Below are positions 13,833 through 26,156 of a stretch of 64,000 bases of DNA, piece by piece. The notes under the pieces were generated by a model. That model was given only the letters and a program-made list of their open reading frames with translations. It did no database searches and was not told where the DNA came from. The DNA lies in the NCBI RefSeq assembly GCF_963921235.1, contig NC_086108.1:91948001-92012000 (forward strand), in the 5' to 3' direction. The stretch's first letter is position 1. Every line of letters starts with the position of its first letter. The stretch is from Mobula hypostoma (taxonomy: Eukaryota). The position numbers were made by a program, and so were the translations under genes.

Positions 13833-15329
13833 GGAAAATAGCCCCAATTCTGACTGAGTTTCCAGGCAATGTCATGTAAGTGCCCAATATTATCCAAATA
13901 GGCATAATGTTCTCATTAAGATACATTATCGTTATCAGGTTCCATACTTGGGGACTGAATAGACAAATAACAGTAACAAAACCATAATCATAACAAGAAT
14001 GGCATTATATTTTAAAGAGAAGAATGAGAGGAAGATTGTGTTTTGATAACTGGGCATTTGTCAGAAATATAGCAGATGAAATGCAGGAGAAGCTTTTAAC
14101 TAAGGCAAAAGGCAAATTGAACAAAATTGGATCATTAATTAAAGTGAGACTAAGGAGAAATAGATTGGCAAAGCTTGTAGGGAAAAGGCATGCAATAAAT
14201 GCAATAAATTAATTTAAAATCTACTTAGGAATATTAAGGGAAAACTGGAAAGAGCTTTTATAATAAGAAACGTACACCAAAGCATTCTTATGACTATAGA
14301 AGTATAATAGTAGTTGGAATGGCGTAGACGTCTGTAAATCCTTGAGAGAAATAAATTACATTCTAAATCATATGAGGAATCCAAGAGACATCTGTGAAAT
14401 ATTGCTGGACATTTTGAGAGGGTGCATGAGTGAAATAACCAAGAAACAAGTCTTCATTCCAGATACTAAATGACAGAGGGATAAGTGGAAACAGTAGACC
14501 CATTAGACTAATCTCAACATTAATAGAAATATTCATTTCAACAGCTCTTTTTTGGATTGTTCAATGGAATAACCACCAATGGGAATCCTCCCGGAACGCT
14601 AGAGTAAAAAACAGCATCTGGAGAAGTAGACCCAAATTGGCCAGCTACCAGGGTGAAATTACAACAGCCACTAAAACTGCAGATATCATATCACATTATC
14701 TCTAGCTGTCAAGCAAATGAAGCCACAAATTGTCTCTTTTACTTTTTAATAATTCGCCTGTTGCTTCTACAAAAATCAGCAGGAAACATTTGTGAAAGTT
14801 TGAAAGTGATTAGACGTAATCACAAAGAAAAGACATGCAGGAACACTGTAATAGCTATTCCCATAGCACTGATTGAATATTGAAATATCAAATGAAAGGA
14901 AAACCTATAGCCAAGATAATTCTTCTGAGATTTCATGCTAAAATGTTTTTAGAAATTGTATCAATGTAATGCATTTTAAAATTAAGGGGATTCTCAAAAG
15001 TCCTTACTTCAAATGTACGCTATTTTGGATGGTAGTTGATTTTGTTTGTGGTTGCTTGTAAAATTAAGTCATTTGTTATTTGCAGCATCTGTTTGGAGTT
15101 GGGCACATCCATCCAAGTCATTAAGTCCGATCAACTCATTGAAATGATCCAATTTGGAGCATTGGTCCTAGCAGACGTATTGGACTATCTGCTTATTAAA
15201 ATGAACAGTTTCTTCTCAATAATAGCAGGTGGATGAAGCCTTCTTGTTCAGGCAAGAAGTAGAAATCTCTTGTGTTCAAGTATTTTTTCTAAATTGTCAA
15301 CATTAAAAACCTTCTCTTTTAAAATATGA

Positions 15330-15625
15330 TTGGGTGCCACAGTTGTCCTGGTGGCTAGCATGACATCACTACAGTTCTGGGTGTTGGCATTCAAAGTTTA
15401 ATTCAGACTCCACCTGTAAAGAGTTTATACATTCTCCTCATGACCACATAGGTTTCCGCCAGGTGCCCCTGTTTCCTCCCACAGTCCCAAGATGTACTGG
15501 TTAGTAGGTTAATTGGTCTTTGTAAATCATCCTGTGATAAGGCTGGTGTTAACTAGGTTGTCTACTGGGTGGCATGTTTTGTTGGGCTGGAAGGGACTCT
15601 TTTACGCTGTTTCTCTAAATAAAAA
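15330..15625 (+). mobile_element. HE1-like V-SINE
   Basis: gtttcctcccacagtcccaagatgtactggttagtaggttaattgg, same body as the 2160 copy. Confidence 0.85.
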
Positions 15626-15954
15626 TATATAAAATAAGTGATTTGAGATTACATAATGATTTGATCCTGGTTCCCTACTCTCCATAATTTATGTGTTATA
15701 GCCCTGCAGCAATTTGCTCAAACTCTGAACTTCTTATCCAATTTGCCCTCCAGGGTTCTTAACAGATTTCCATTCAGTCCAATCACCTTGAGAAGGTCCA
15801 CAATCCACAAATTAAGTGCAAGATCTAATGTGACACTCTGCTTTGTAATATTGGGAGAATGCTGGATTGTCAGCGGTATCATATCTATAGGCTGAGATGC
15901 TAAACTAATGCTCCTGTTCTCACCAACATTGAGTACATTTACATGGAATCTTGT

Positions 15955-16266
15955 CACAAGAAAATAGCATCCATCATCAAGAAATGACAGCTATCCACCC
16001 TCCACAGCTCCGAACTAATTACACGACCTACAGACTCATTTTCAAAGTCTCTTTTACAATTCATGTTCTCAGTAGAGTTTGTCTTTTGCATGATTTTTTT
16101 TTTGTGTGTTAATCTGGTTATTTGTCAGCTTTTTATGTTTATTTTTGGAGATTCTTTTTTATTTCGTTATTGTTTCTGTGAATGGCTGGAAGAAAATGAA
16201 TTTCAAGGTAGTATATGTAACATATACTGTACATACTTTGATAATAAATTTATTTTGAACTTGAAA
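15955..16266 (+). mobile_element. Rex1/Babar 3' UTR fragment
   Basis: gcatccatcatcaag start; tactttgataataaa..(ttgaac)n tail as at 58015-58045. Confidence 0.65.
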
Positions 16267-17006
16267 CTGTTAAAGATCCTACAGAATTACTTAATGAAAA
16301 ACGAAGTGCTCCTCTGCTCCTCAAAAAACTTACCCTCATCGAATGGAAATCTTAACTTCACTTCCCTCTATTCCGATGGTGTCTGACTTGCTGAGAATTT
16401 CCATAATCACAACATTAATAGGAAGATTAATTATGAGAGCCCTTTGTAGATTGACCAAGTACAGAAGTAATTTTAGAATTTGGAGTTTTCAGCATCTGCA
16501 ATATTTTACTATTGGACTATTAAAAACATATTAACTAATTATTCATTTCACTATTATTTATGAGTTCTTGTTTTGAGTATGGCTGATATATCGTTTACAT
16601 TACAGTAATCACTCACTTCAAAATAATTAATCGTAGGTAAATCACTTTCCAATGTAATAAGGTGTTATTTAAATTCAAATAATGTGATGGATGATAACGT
16701 CTGTTTGAAGAAGGGATAGGAGAAAGATAATGGCAGAAAAGTCAATATACAAAGCAGTAAATTTTGTACAGTATAAAGTTATAAACTGTTTGTTATCATA
16801 TAAATTTGCCTAAAAGATAAATCTAGTTATAAATTTCTCCTATCGTATCAGTATATAACTTTAATTTCAATAGCTCATTCACAATTTAACAAATCAGTAC
16901 ATTGCTGTTCAGTTGGGAAACTCATAAAATTGTTCAAGTGAATTTCAAAGTGCAGTAGATCGAGGTAATGAGGCTGGATACTTCTCTTCAACTCTTTCAT
17001 TAGGAA

Positions 17007-17675
17007 GCAACACACACAAAATGCTTAAGGCAACATCTATGGAAAAGAGTAACAGTTGACATGTACACAACAAGATCTTTCTTCAGGACTGTAAAGGAAG
17101 GGGGGAGACTCCAGAATATAAAGGTGGGGAGGAGGGGAAGGAGGCTTTCCATAGGAGTTGCAGTACAAAATATCACTTATGATTAAAATAAACTATTTGG
17201 GATGGAAACTCATCAAAAACTTATGGTTGTGTTTATTGCTTAAGTGTCTTGTTGTGCTTATTGCTTAAGTGTCTTGACATCAATTCCAGAAAATCATATT
17301 CTTAAGGTGCATTAAAACAACCAAATCAGAAAATAACTGTAATTGTTTAAATTAAGATTTCTTCTTACATACTGGTCCATATCTTGTGGATACACTTCAC
17401 TATGATGTGTGTCCTCAGCTGATGGCAAAACCTTCTGCCCTGTTGTCGAGATTGCCAGTGTCCTTTGTACTGTACTAGAGGATACATTGTGATCCACTAA
17501 GTGAGGAGGTGCCCATCCTCCTTCCCTTCGTCCCATGGCCCACTCTCCTCTCCTGTCTCAGCCCAAATCACTGACTGCTTATTCCTCTCCGTAGGTGCAG
17601 CCTGACCAACTGAATTCCTCCAATATTTTGTGGGTGTTACGCTGGATTTCCAACATATTCCGAATCTCTCGTTTG
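17007..17675. mobile_element. Two degenerate Penelope pseudo-LTR pieces in opposite orientation (about 17007-17145 and 17505-17675)
   Basis: gcaacacacacaaaatgc..cttcaggactg versus gtctcagccc..tcctccaatattttgtgggtgtt..gatttccaaca. Confidence 0.6.
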
Positions 17676-18129
17676 CCCAGTGATCCTGGGGCTCTTCTGG
17701 CTGTCAAAGCTGTTTTGTGTGTGTAGTCACTGCCCCCCCCGTGCTTTGCCACAATGAGGTGATGAGACATGAGCTCACCGTGGAAGACTACAAACAGTGC
17801 CATACTGGAACAAACACCATCACTAGGGCTGAGCAGCCACCATCTTCAGACTAACAGAAAATAATGGCCTCTTAGAAAGTATTCAAACCGAAATAGCATT
17901 TACTTTTGGTGTTATGATAAATTCAGAAGAGATCTTTGTTCACCTTTGAAACTTGTTTGCCTCAACTTTACCAACATATTCATTAGAATCGAGTTTATTA
18001 TCACTGACATACAGTATGTCATGAAAGTTGTTGTTTTACAACAGCTGTACAGTGCAATACATGAAAAATACTATAAATTACAATAAGAAATATATATATT
18101 AAAATATTAAATTAAGTAAGTTGTGTAAA

Positions 18130-18342
18130 TAGCTGGCGGGTGATGTAGTGGCATCAGCACCAAACTTCGAGGCAATTCGTTCCAAGTTTGAATCTGGCTG
18201 GCTCCTTACACGCTTTCCATCCATGCCAGGTTGAGCGTTGAGCTAGCAACTTGGTCTTGTAAAAAAACAGTCAAATGCTATGGAAACAGCAAAAAAATGC
18301 CACCCGATGAGCCCACAGGGTGTGAAAATGAACAACAACAAC
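18130..18342 (+). mobile_element. tRNA-derived SINE with (AAC)n tail, not HE1
   Basis: tgatgtagtgg A-box-like, gtttgaatc B-box-like, aacaacaacaac tail; imperfect TSD ttgtgtaaa (18121-18129) / ttgtgcaaa (18343-18351). Confidence 0.75.
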
Positions 18343-18506
18343 TTGTGCAAAGAGAGAACAAAATTAGTGAGGTAGTGTTCATGGATTGGTTCATTGCCCA
18401 CTCAGAAACCTGACGGCAGCGGAGAAGAACTTATTCCAATCTGTTTATCTTTAGGATTCTGCTGTACTTCCTTTTGGATGTTAGTAATAAGAAGAGACCA
18501 TGTCCA

Positions 18507-18759
18507 TTCATTCCACCGAGATGCAACACAGAGCGTCATAGGAAATCATTCCTGCCTATGGCCATCAAACTTTACAACTCCTCCCTTGGAGGGTCAGACA
18601 CCCTGAGCCAATAGGCTGGTCCTGGACTTATTTCCTGGCATAATTTACATATTACTATTTAATTATTTATGGTTTTATTACTATTTATTATTTATGGTGC
18701 AACTGTAACGAAAACCAATTTCCCCTGGGATCAATAAAGTATGACTATGACTATGACTA
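18507..18759 (+). mobile_element. Young Rex1/Babar-type 3' fragment
   Basis: Encodes IPPRCNTERHRKSFLPMAIKLYN; gggatcaataaag then (tatgac)n tail. Confidence 0.8.
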
Positions 18760-19490
18760 ACTGTTTTCAGACAACACACTATGTCCTGGGTGACTCAGGT
18801 TCTTAATGATGGATGCTGCTGTTTTAAGGCATCATATTTTGAAGATGTATTCATCATTATTCTACAGATTTAAATCATATTTCCTGTCAAAATTGTTCCC
18901 AAATGGAAAGAAATTTACTGGCCCTGAACCGGATCCTGGCCACTCCTGTCCATGAAATTCAGAACTTTTTGAGTTGGTGACAAAAAGTATACAGGTTTGT
19001 TTGGAATTAGTCTTATCACCAATACATTCTGTTCTGATACGCAAGCCAAAGTTTTTCAATGGCACTCTTGCCCTCGTTTTGTCTTCTGAACACCTGCTAC
19101 ATATTTTCTAGCTATTTTGCTATATAATCTCACCCGAACCCAATTCCTATTTAATATATGAACCTTTCAGGTATCTTTCATTAAAAATCCATCTGCCATC
19201 TTTCAACCCATCTGCCATTTTTAGTCCATCTGCTTAATCAGGCTAAATCTCTTTGGCATGTTGAAGACTCACCTAATTAATATAATTTGCAGATTTCCTT
19301 ATCAGCCTAATCAGTTCTCTAATGGCTTGTTTACCCTGCATTGGTCTTATACCAGTTACTAATTACTGCTTTGTTGCCCCATCACTCATTTCACTCCATA
19401 TTGTTTCAACAATATGTGTCTGCAATACTGCACTTCCAAAGCGTTATTTATTTCATTTATCTATTCGTTGGTTTCTCACGTTGTAGGATT

Positions 19491-19840
19491 TGTCCGTTCA
19501 TTCTGTGCCCTTTCCATGACCATGATTGATCCTGGCAAATTTTTCTACAGAAGCGGTTTGCCGTTGTCTTGTTCTGGGTAGTGCATTTACAAGACGAGTA
19601 ACCCCAGCCATTGTCAATACTCTTCAGAGATTGTCTGCCTGGTATCAGTGGTCACATGACCTGGACTTGAATATGCACCAGCTACTCATACAACCATCCG
19701 CCACCTGCCCCCATGCTTCATGTGATCCTGACTGGGGGGCTAAGCAGGTGCTACACCTTGCCCGAGGGAGCCCTGCAGGCTAGCAGATGCGCCCTACACC
19801 TCCTTTGGTAGAACGTGTCTCTACCCAGCCACCTGATAAT
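19491..19840 (-). mobile_element. Non-autonomous RTE/BovB-tailed short retroelement
   Basis: Perfect 10-bp TSD TTGTAGGATT (19481-19490 / 19841-19850); minus strand ggcaaaccgcttctgtag..tttgccagg resembles the BovB 3' tail. Confidence 0.7.
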
Positions 19841-19904
19841 TTGTAGGATTGCCCTCATGAAATACTTTATATCCTGTATATCCTATAAATCCTTCAAATG
19901 AGCA

Positions 19905-20797
19905 TAGCATGGTAGAGTGACAGTTAGTGTAAAAGAGCCAATGATCACCAATCCATGGTCATTTCCTGCCACTGTATGTAAGATGTTGGTAGATTTTCCT
20001 CATGGCTGCTCAGGATTCCTCTGTGTGCTCTAGCTTCCTCCCATATTCTAAAAACATATAGCCAGAATTAGATTAATTTAGATTAGATTAGATTATGAGG
20101 ACACGCAGTCCTCTTTTATTGTCATTTAGTAATGTATGCATTAATAAATGATACAATATTCCTCCGGTGTGATATCACAGAAACACAGGACAGACCAAGA
20201 CTGAAAAACTAACAAAAACCACATAATTATAGCATATAGTTACAACAGTGCAACAATGCCATAACTTGATCAAGAGCAGGCCATGGGCACAGTAAAAAAG
20301 TTCAAAGTCTCTCGAAAGTCCCACACCTCACGCAGACGGGAGAAGGAAGAAAACTCTCCCTGCCATGCCGGATCACAGTCCGACTCTGAGTCATACGAAA
20401 ACTTCGAGCCCCCGATCAGCCCTCCGACACCGAGCACCGAGCACCATCTCTATCCGAACGCTTCGACCTCAGCCTCGGTCGCCAGCAGCAGGCAAAGCCG
20501 GGGATTTTGGGGCCTTCCCTCCAGAAGATTCTCGATTGCACAGTAACAGCGGCAGTGAACCTGCATTTCAGAAATTTCTCCAGATGTTCCCCTGTGCTTT
20601 CATGTCTGTCTCTATCAAATCAGAATTGTCCATGGCCCCTATTTAACAGATACAATATCATTTCACCGGAGAGCCGCGCGCGCTGCATCGCGCTGCCATC
20701 TTCTCCTCCCACTCCTCTAAGCTGTGGGTATGCTATATTGGTGCTAGAAGAATGGCAACGTTTGCAGGTTGCCCAGAACAATCCTCGTTGATTCAAA
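19905..20797 (+). mobile_element. HE1-like SINE split by an insertion at about 20072-20717
   Basis: 5' half ends cttcctcccatattctaaaaac..ttag; 3' half resumes taagctgtgggtatgctatattggtg. Confidence 0.7.
20072..20717 (-). mobile_element. Young non-coding Rex1/Babar-derived element (5' end plus 3' tail)
   Basis: Minus 5' end ggagaagatggcagcgcg, CpG-rich body, gacaataaaa followed by (aatct)n tail; no RT ORF. Confidence 0.6.
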
Positions 20798-20806
20798 TGA
20801 TGTAAA

Positions 20807-22847
20807 ACAAGGAAATAATCAAATGGTACAACTGTGGCTGACAATGGAAGTGAAAGCTAATGTAAAAACAAAAGGGAAGCAAAAACTAATGTAAAAGCAA
20901 AAGGGAAAGGCAGACAACAAAGCAAAAATTAGCGGGAAGGTGGAAGATTGGGAAGCTTTTAAAAACCTGCAGAAATCAACTAAAAGAATTATTAGGAGGG
21001 AAATGATGAAATAAGAAACCAAGCTAGCAAATAATATCAAGGTGGATAGAAAAAGCTTTTTCAAGTATATAAAAAATAAAAAAAGAGATGAGAGTGGATA
21101 TAGGACTGTGAGAAAATGAGACCGGAGAAATAATAATGGGGGACAAGCAAATGGCAGATGAACTAAATGAGTGGTTTGCATCAATGTTCACTGTGGAAGA
21201 CACAAGCAGTATGTCAAATGTTGAAGGGTGTGAGGGAAGAAAAGTGGGTGCAGTTACTATTACAAGGGAGAAGGTGCTCAAAAAGCTGAAAGACCTATGG
21301 GTACATAAGATGAACTGTACCTTAGGGTTACATTGTGGAGGCATTAGTAATGATCTTTCAAGAATCATTGGACTCTGGTATGGTGCCAGAGGACTGGAAA
21401 ATTGCAAGTGTCACTCCACTCTTTAAGAAAGAAGGAAAGCAGCGGAAAGGAAATTATAGACCAGTTAGCCTGATCTCAGTGGTTGGGAAGATGTTGGAGT
21501 CAATTGTTAAGGATGAGGTTATGGAGCAACATCTAACACAGGTCAAGACAGGACAAAGTCAGTATAGTTTCCTTAAGGGAAAATCTTAACTGACAAACGT
21601 GTTGGAATTCTTTGAGGAGATTACACGTAGATTAGATAAAGGGGATGCAGTGGATGTTGTATATTTGGATTTTCAGAAGGCCTTTGACAGGGTGCCACAC
21701 ATGAGGCTGCTTACCAAGCTAAGAGCACATATATTACAGGAAAGTTACTAACATGGTTAGAGCATTGGCTGATTACTAGGAGGCAGCAAGTGGGAATAAA
21801 AGGATTCTTTTCTGGTTGGCTGCCATTGACCAGTGGTGTTTCACAGGGGTCGGTGTTGGGATCATTTCTTTCTATGGTGTATATAAATGATTTAGATTAT
21901 GAAATAGATGGCTTTGTTGCCAAGTTTGCAGATGATATGAAGATTGGTGGAGGGGCAGGTAGTGTTAAGGAAACAGGAAGGATGCAGAAGGATTTAGACA
22001 GATTAGGAGAATGGACAAGAAAGTGGCAAATGAAATACAATGTTGGAACATGCACGTTCATGCACTTTGGTAGAAGAAATAAATGTGCAGATGGTTTTCT
22101 AAATGGGGAGAAAATCCAAAAATCTGAGATGCAAAGGGACTTGGGAGTCCTTGTGCAGAACACCCTGAAGAGTAACTTGCAGGTTAGAAGTGGAAGGAAA
22201 ATGCAATGCTGGCATTCTTTTCAAATGGTCTAGAATATAAGAGCAGAGATGTGATGCTGAGGCTTTATAAGGCACTAGTAAGGCCTCACCTTGAGTATTG
22301 TGAACAGTTTTGGACTCCTTATCCGACAATAGATGTGCTGGCTTTGAAGAGGGTTAAGAGGAGGTTTACAAGGATGATTCCAGGAATGAAAGGGTTACCA
22401 TATGAGGAAAGTTAGATAGCTCTGGGCCTGTACTCACTGGAATTTAGAAGATGAGGGGGGATCTCATTGAAACCTTTTGAATGTTGAAAAGCCTAGACAG
22501 AGTAGATGTGGAAAGGATGTTTCCCATGGTGGGAGGGTCTTGGACAAAAGGTACAGCCTTAGGGTTAAGGGGCATCTATTTAAAACAGAGAAGCAGAGAA
22601 ATTATTTTAGCCAGAGGATGGTGAATTTGTGGAATTTGTTATGACAGGCAGCTGTGGAGGCCAGGTTGTTGGGTGTATTTAAGGCAGAGATTGATAGGTT
22701 CTTGATTGTCATCAAAGGTTACGGGGAGAAGGCCGGGAAGTGGGGATAAAGAGGGGGGAGAAAAGGTTCAGCCATGATTTAATGGCGGATAAGACTTGAT
22801 GGGCCAAATAGCCTAATTCTGCTCCTATGTCTTATGGTTTTATGTTT
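20807..22847 (+). mobile_element. CR1 LINE (ORF2 linker, RT, 3' UTR), degraded
   Basis: NYRPVSL, GVSQGSVLG, FADD, LEYCEQFW motifs; probable TSD tgatgtaaa (20798-20806) / tgatgcaaa (22848-22856). Confidence 0.92.
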
Positions 22848-24463
22848 TGATGCAAATGAGACAAGTAGAGAGAGTTTATCCTTAGTTCTCTGTAAATGAT
22901 ATTTCTGTTGCTAATTTTGATAAAGCATTTTTTTTTAATTCTGAACTCACTTTTCCCACATAATATATTGATAATGGTGCTCCTACCATTCTATATGTCT
23001 TCGTGGAAGTCCATCGGGAATGACGCTGACGTCGGTGACTCCTCTGATGAGATCGAAGCCCGAACTGGGAAGTGCAGGTGCACCCACAGGCCGGGAATGT
23101 TCTGACTATTGAAGGGTCGGGTCATCTCTCTTTGCGGTTCTGGCACTTTTGATCAAGGTCTTTCTGCCGCTGCTCTTTGAAAATGCTGGTTCCTTTGTAG
23201 ACTGCCAGGTGCTAGCCATTGCAGTCTTTGGCCAAGGTCTCCCAACGAGTCACAGGGATATTGTGGTCTTTATAGTGCTTTGTGGGACCTTCCTGCTTTC
23301 TGCTACCATATGCCAGCTCGGAAAAGCATAGCACCTTTGGAAGGCAGTTGTCTTCCATCTGGACCACATGTCCAACCCATCAAAGTTGAGCCTCCATGAT
23401 TAGTGCCTGTGCCAGAGCTCTTGACCCTTCGTTGCACTTCTGGAGTGAGGACTTTGTCTTGCCACAAGATGTCCATGATGTTGCGAAGGCATCACAGGTA
23501 GAATTGGTCAAGCATCTTGACGTGCCTGCAGTCTGGGGTCCATCTTTCACAGCCATACAGCAGAGAAGTCAGGATGACTGCTCTGTAGCCTGCCATCTTG
23601 GTCTTCAGCCAGGTGCCATGTTCTCCCCACACACGCATCCATAGCTTGCCAAAGTACGCTCCAGCTTTTGCAAGTCTGTTTGAGACTTCTCGATCCAGAC
23701 TGCAGGAGGAGGTGAGGCAGCTTCCTAGGTAGGTGAAGGCATCAACCTTGTTAAACTGTGTGCCTTCAATCTCCGTTCGTGGTTCCGCAGGGCTGGTATG
23801 GGGTGCAGGCTGAAGTAGAACTTCTGTCTTCAGCAGGCTGATGACTAAGCTGAATTTTCCCACTGCGACAGCGAGGCAGTCAGTGACTTCCTGCAGGTCC
23901 CTTTCACTGTGTGCTGCAAGAGCACAGTCATCTGCAATAGACTCTCGTACTATTGCTTCCAGCACTTTGGTCTTGACCTTGAGGCATCGCAGATTAAAGA
24001 ACCATCTATCAGTCCTGTAGCAAAGTGATATGCCTCTGTGGTTGTCACAGGATGCCCTGCCCCCCTTGTTCTTGTACAGATGGATGACGTTTGCATCCAT
24101 AAAGTCCTGTGGTACACAGGCTTTCTCCCAGAACTGCTGCATGAGCTCTGTCAGACTCTGAAGAAGGGTTTCACCACCTTCCTTGAAGACTTCTGGTGGG
24201 ATCCCATCCGGGCCAGGGGCCTTACCTGGCTGCAGATGGTTGACTTCCTTCCTAGCTTCTGGGGGGATCATAAAGGGCCTCCAAGACTGGGTGCTGGTGC
24301 AGGTCTTCTATGGCCTGGTCGTCTATCTGGGATGGCCTGTTCAGCCGCTGGTTGACATGGTCTGCCCAGAGTTGGAAAATGTTGCTCTTGTCAGTGAGGA
24401 GTGCTCCATCCAAGGTGTGCACTTGTGCCATGACGTTGGAGGAAGGTCTATACACTGCCTTTT

Positions 24464-26156
24464 TTAAAATCTGTCCCAAGCCTTGTAGCCCATCAGGCCA
24501 GTGCATATGCCAGTTTCTGTGGCGTGAAGTGACTGAGAGTATGAGACACCACCCCCCCCCCCGCCCCCGGATCAGATGCCAGTCTATCGCGAGGTTAACC
24601 CCCAGCATTTGCCAGTACAGGTGGCCCCCGCTTTTCGAATGTTCGCTTTACAAAAGCTCACTGTTATGAAAGACCTACATTAGTACCCTGTTTTTGGTTT
24701 CAGAAGGCATTTTCACTGTTACGAAGAAAGGCAGCGCGCGCCCCGAGCAGCCACTGTCCCCTGGATTTGGAACAGCATCGCTTTAACACGTTGCATTGAG
24801 CAGCCGTTAGCAAGATGAGTTCTGAGGTGTCGGAAAAGCCTGAAAGAGTAAGGGTGTTACACTTAGCGTAAACCTAGACATAATTAAGCGTTTCAATCGT
24901 GGAAAACGAAGCAAAGACAAAGTGAGTTTGGCTTGTGGAAGATGCCGAAGATGATGTTGAAGAGGTTTTGGCATCCCATGACCAAGAACTGATAGATGAA
25001 GAGCTGATCCAATTGGAAGAGGAAAGGATAACAATCGAAACCGAATGCAGTAGCGAAATGAACGTGAAGCAACTGCGTGAGATTTTCGCTGCAATGGTAA
25101 AGTATGACTTTAATTTTAAAAGGATACGTAGGTTTAGGGGATATTTGCTGGATGGCTTGAGTCCTTATAAAGAACTGTATGATAGAAAAATGTGCGAGGC
25201 TCAGCAGTCAAGCAACCCTTCCACATCAGCCACAGCAGACAACGAACCTTGACCTTCAACATCGAGGCGGGCAGTCATAGGAGTGATGAGCTGCCTGCCC
25301 TGATTAACGATGAGATGACACCCCCGTGTCCCACCACCCCAACCCCCGGGCTCCGGACAGATACTGTACCGATTTGCAGAGAATGCAACAGTAGCCGGGA
25401 GGCACACAGCACACCTTTAAGAAAAAAGCCGAAATAAACATGCTAATTAATTAGGTGCCACCAACACATAATTGTCGGCCCAGATCAGTGCCGATTTCCG
25501 ATTGCATCGCCTCTGCATCACCCAACCTGCAACGACTCAGTCTAACACACCATCAACAGTGTGCTCGGCAAGCTGTCTTCCCGATTCCGGTAAGTGATAC
25601 TACACTGTACATACATTATTTCTACTTTATATAGGCTGTGTATTTTTATGTGTTATTTGGTAGATTTGGCAGCCTCATAGCTTAAAGGTTACTGGAGAGC
25701 GCAGTTATGCCAACAGCGCTTGCGTGAGATTTTCTGCCGAGAGCGCTTGCGTGAGATTTTCGCTACGGAGATCTGTGCAGGCAATCGTTGTAGAGAAGTA
25801 TTTCTACTTTATATAGGCTGTGTATTTATCATACCATTCCTGCTTTTACTATATGTTACTGTTATTTTAGGTTTTATGTGTTATTTGTTATGATTTGGTA
25901 GGTTATTTTTGGGTCTGCGAACGCTCACAAAATTTTCCCATATAAATAAATGGTAATTGCTTCTTCGTTTTACAACATTTCAGCTTACGAACCGTTTCAT
26001 AGGAGTGCTCTACCTTCGGATGGCGGGGGAAACCTGTACCCATTTTCAGCTGGGTGGACTGGAGCAGTGACACAACACGCTGCCTTGGCCGAGACTCGAA
26101 CCCACGACCTTCAGATCGTGAGCCCAACGCCCTAACCACTTGGCCACGCGCCACAC
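24464..26156 (-). mobile_element. tRNA-derived SINE (CORE-like centre) inserted in the RTE ORF and split by Tigger
   Basis: A box TGGCCAAGTGG and B box GGTTCGAGTC at about 26090-26146; 14-bp TSD ATACACTGCCTTTT (24450-24463 / 26157-26170). Confidence 0.88.
24618..26036 (+). mobile_element. Tigger (pogo, Tc1/mariner) internally deleted DNA transposon
   Basis: Imperfect TIRs CAGGTGGCCCCCGCTTTTCGAA / TTCGGATGGCGGGGGAAACCTG with TA TSD; N-terminal HTH relic KGVTLSVNLDIIKRFNRG; C-terminal DVEEVLASHDQELIDEELIQLE..YKELY. Confidence 0.92.

Larger units (their letters stand above)
17985..18850 (-). mobile_element. Older Rex1/Babar 3' end, host to two insertions
   Basis: agaatcgagtttattatcactgac tail; gatggatgctgc..gaagatgt body in reverse orientation. 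Confidence 0.7.

Noticed and set aside
17233..17276. 19-bp direct repeat ttattgcttaagtgtcttg x2 as a CRISPR-like array
   Set aside because: Only two units with a 6-bp gap, in eukaryotic DNA; an ordinary local duplication.
26084..26156. tRNA gene
   Set aside because: It is the head of a SINE bounded by a TSD; no proper acceptor stem or T-run terminator.
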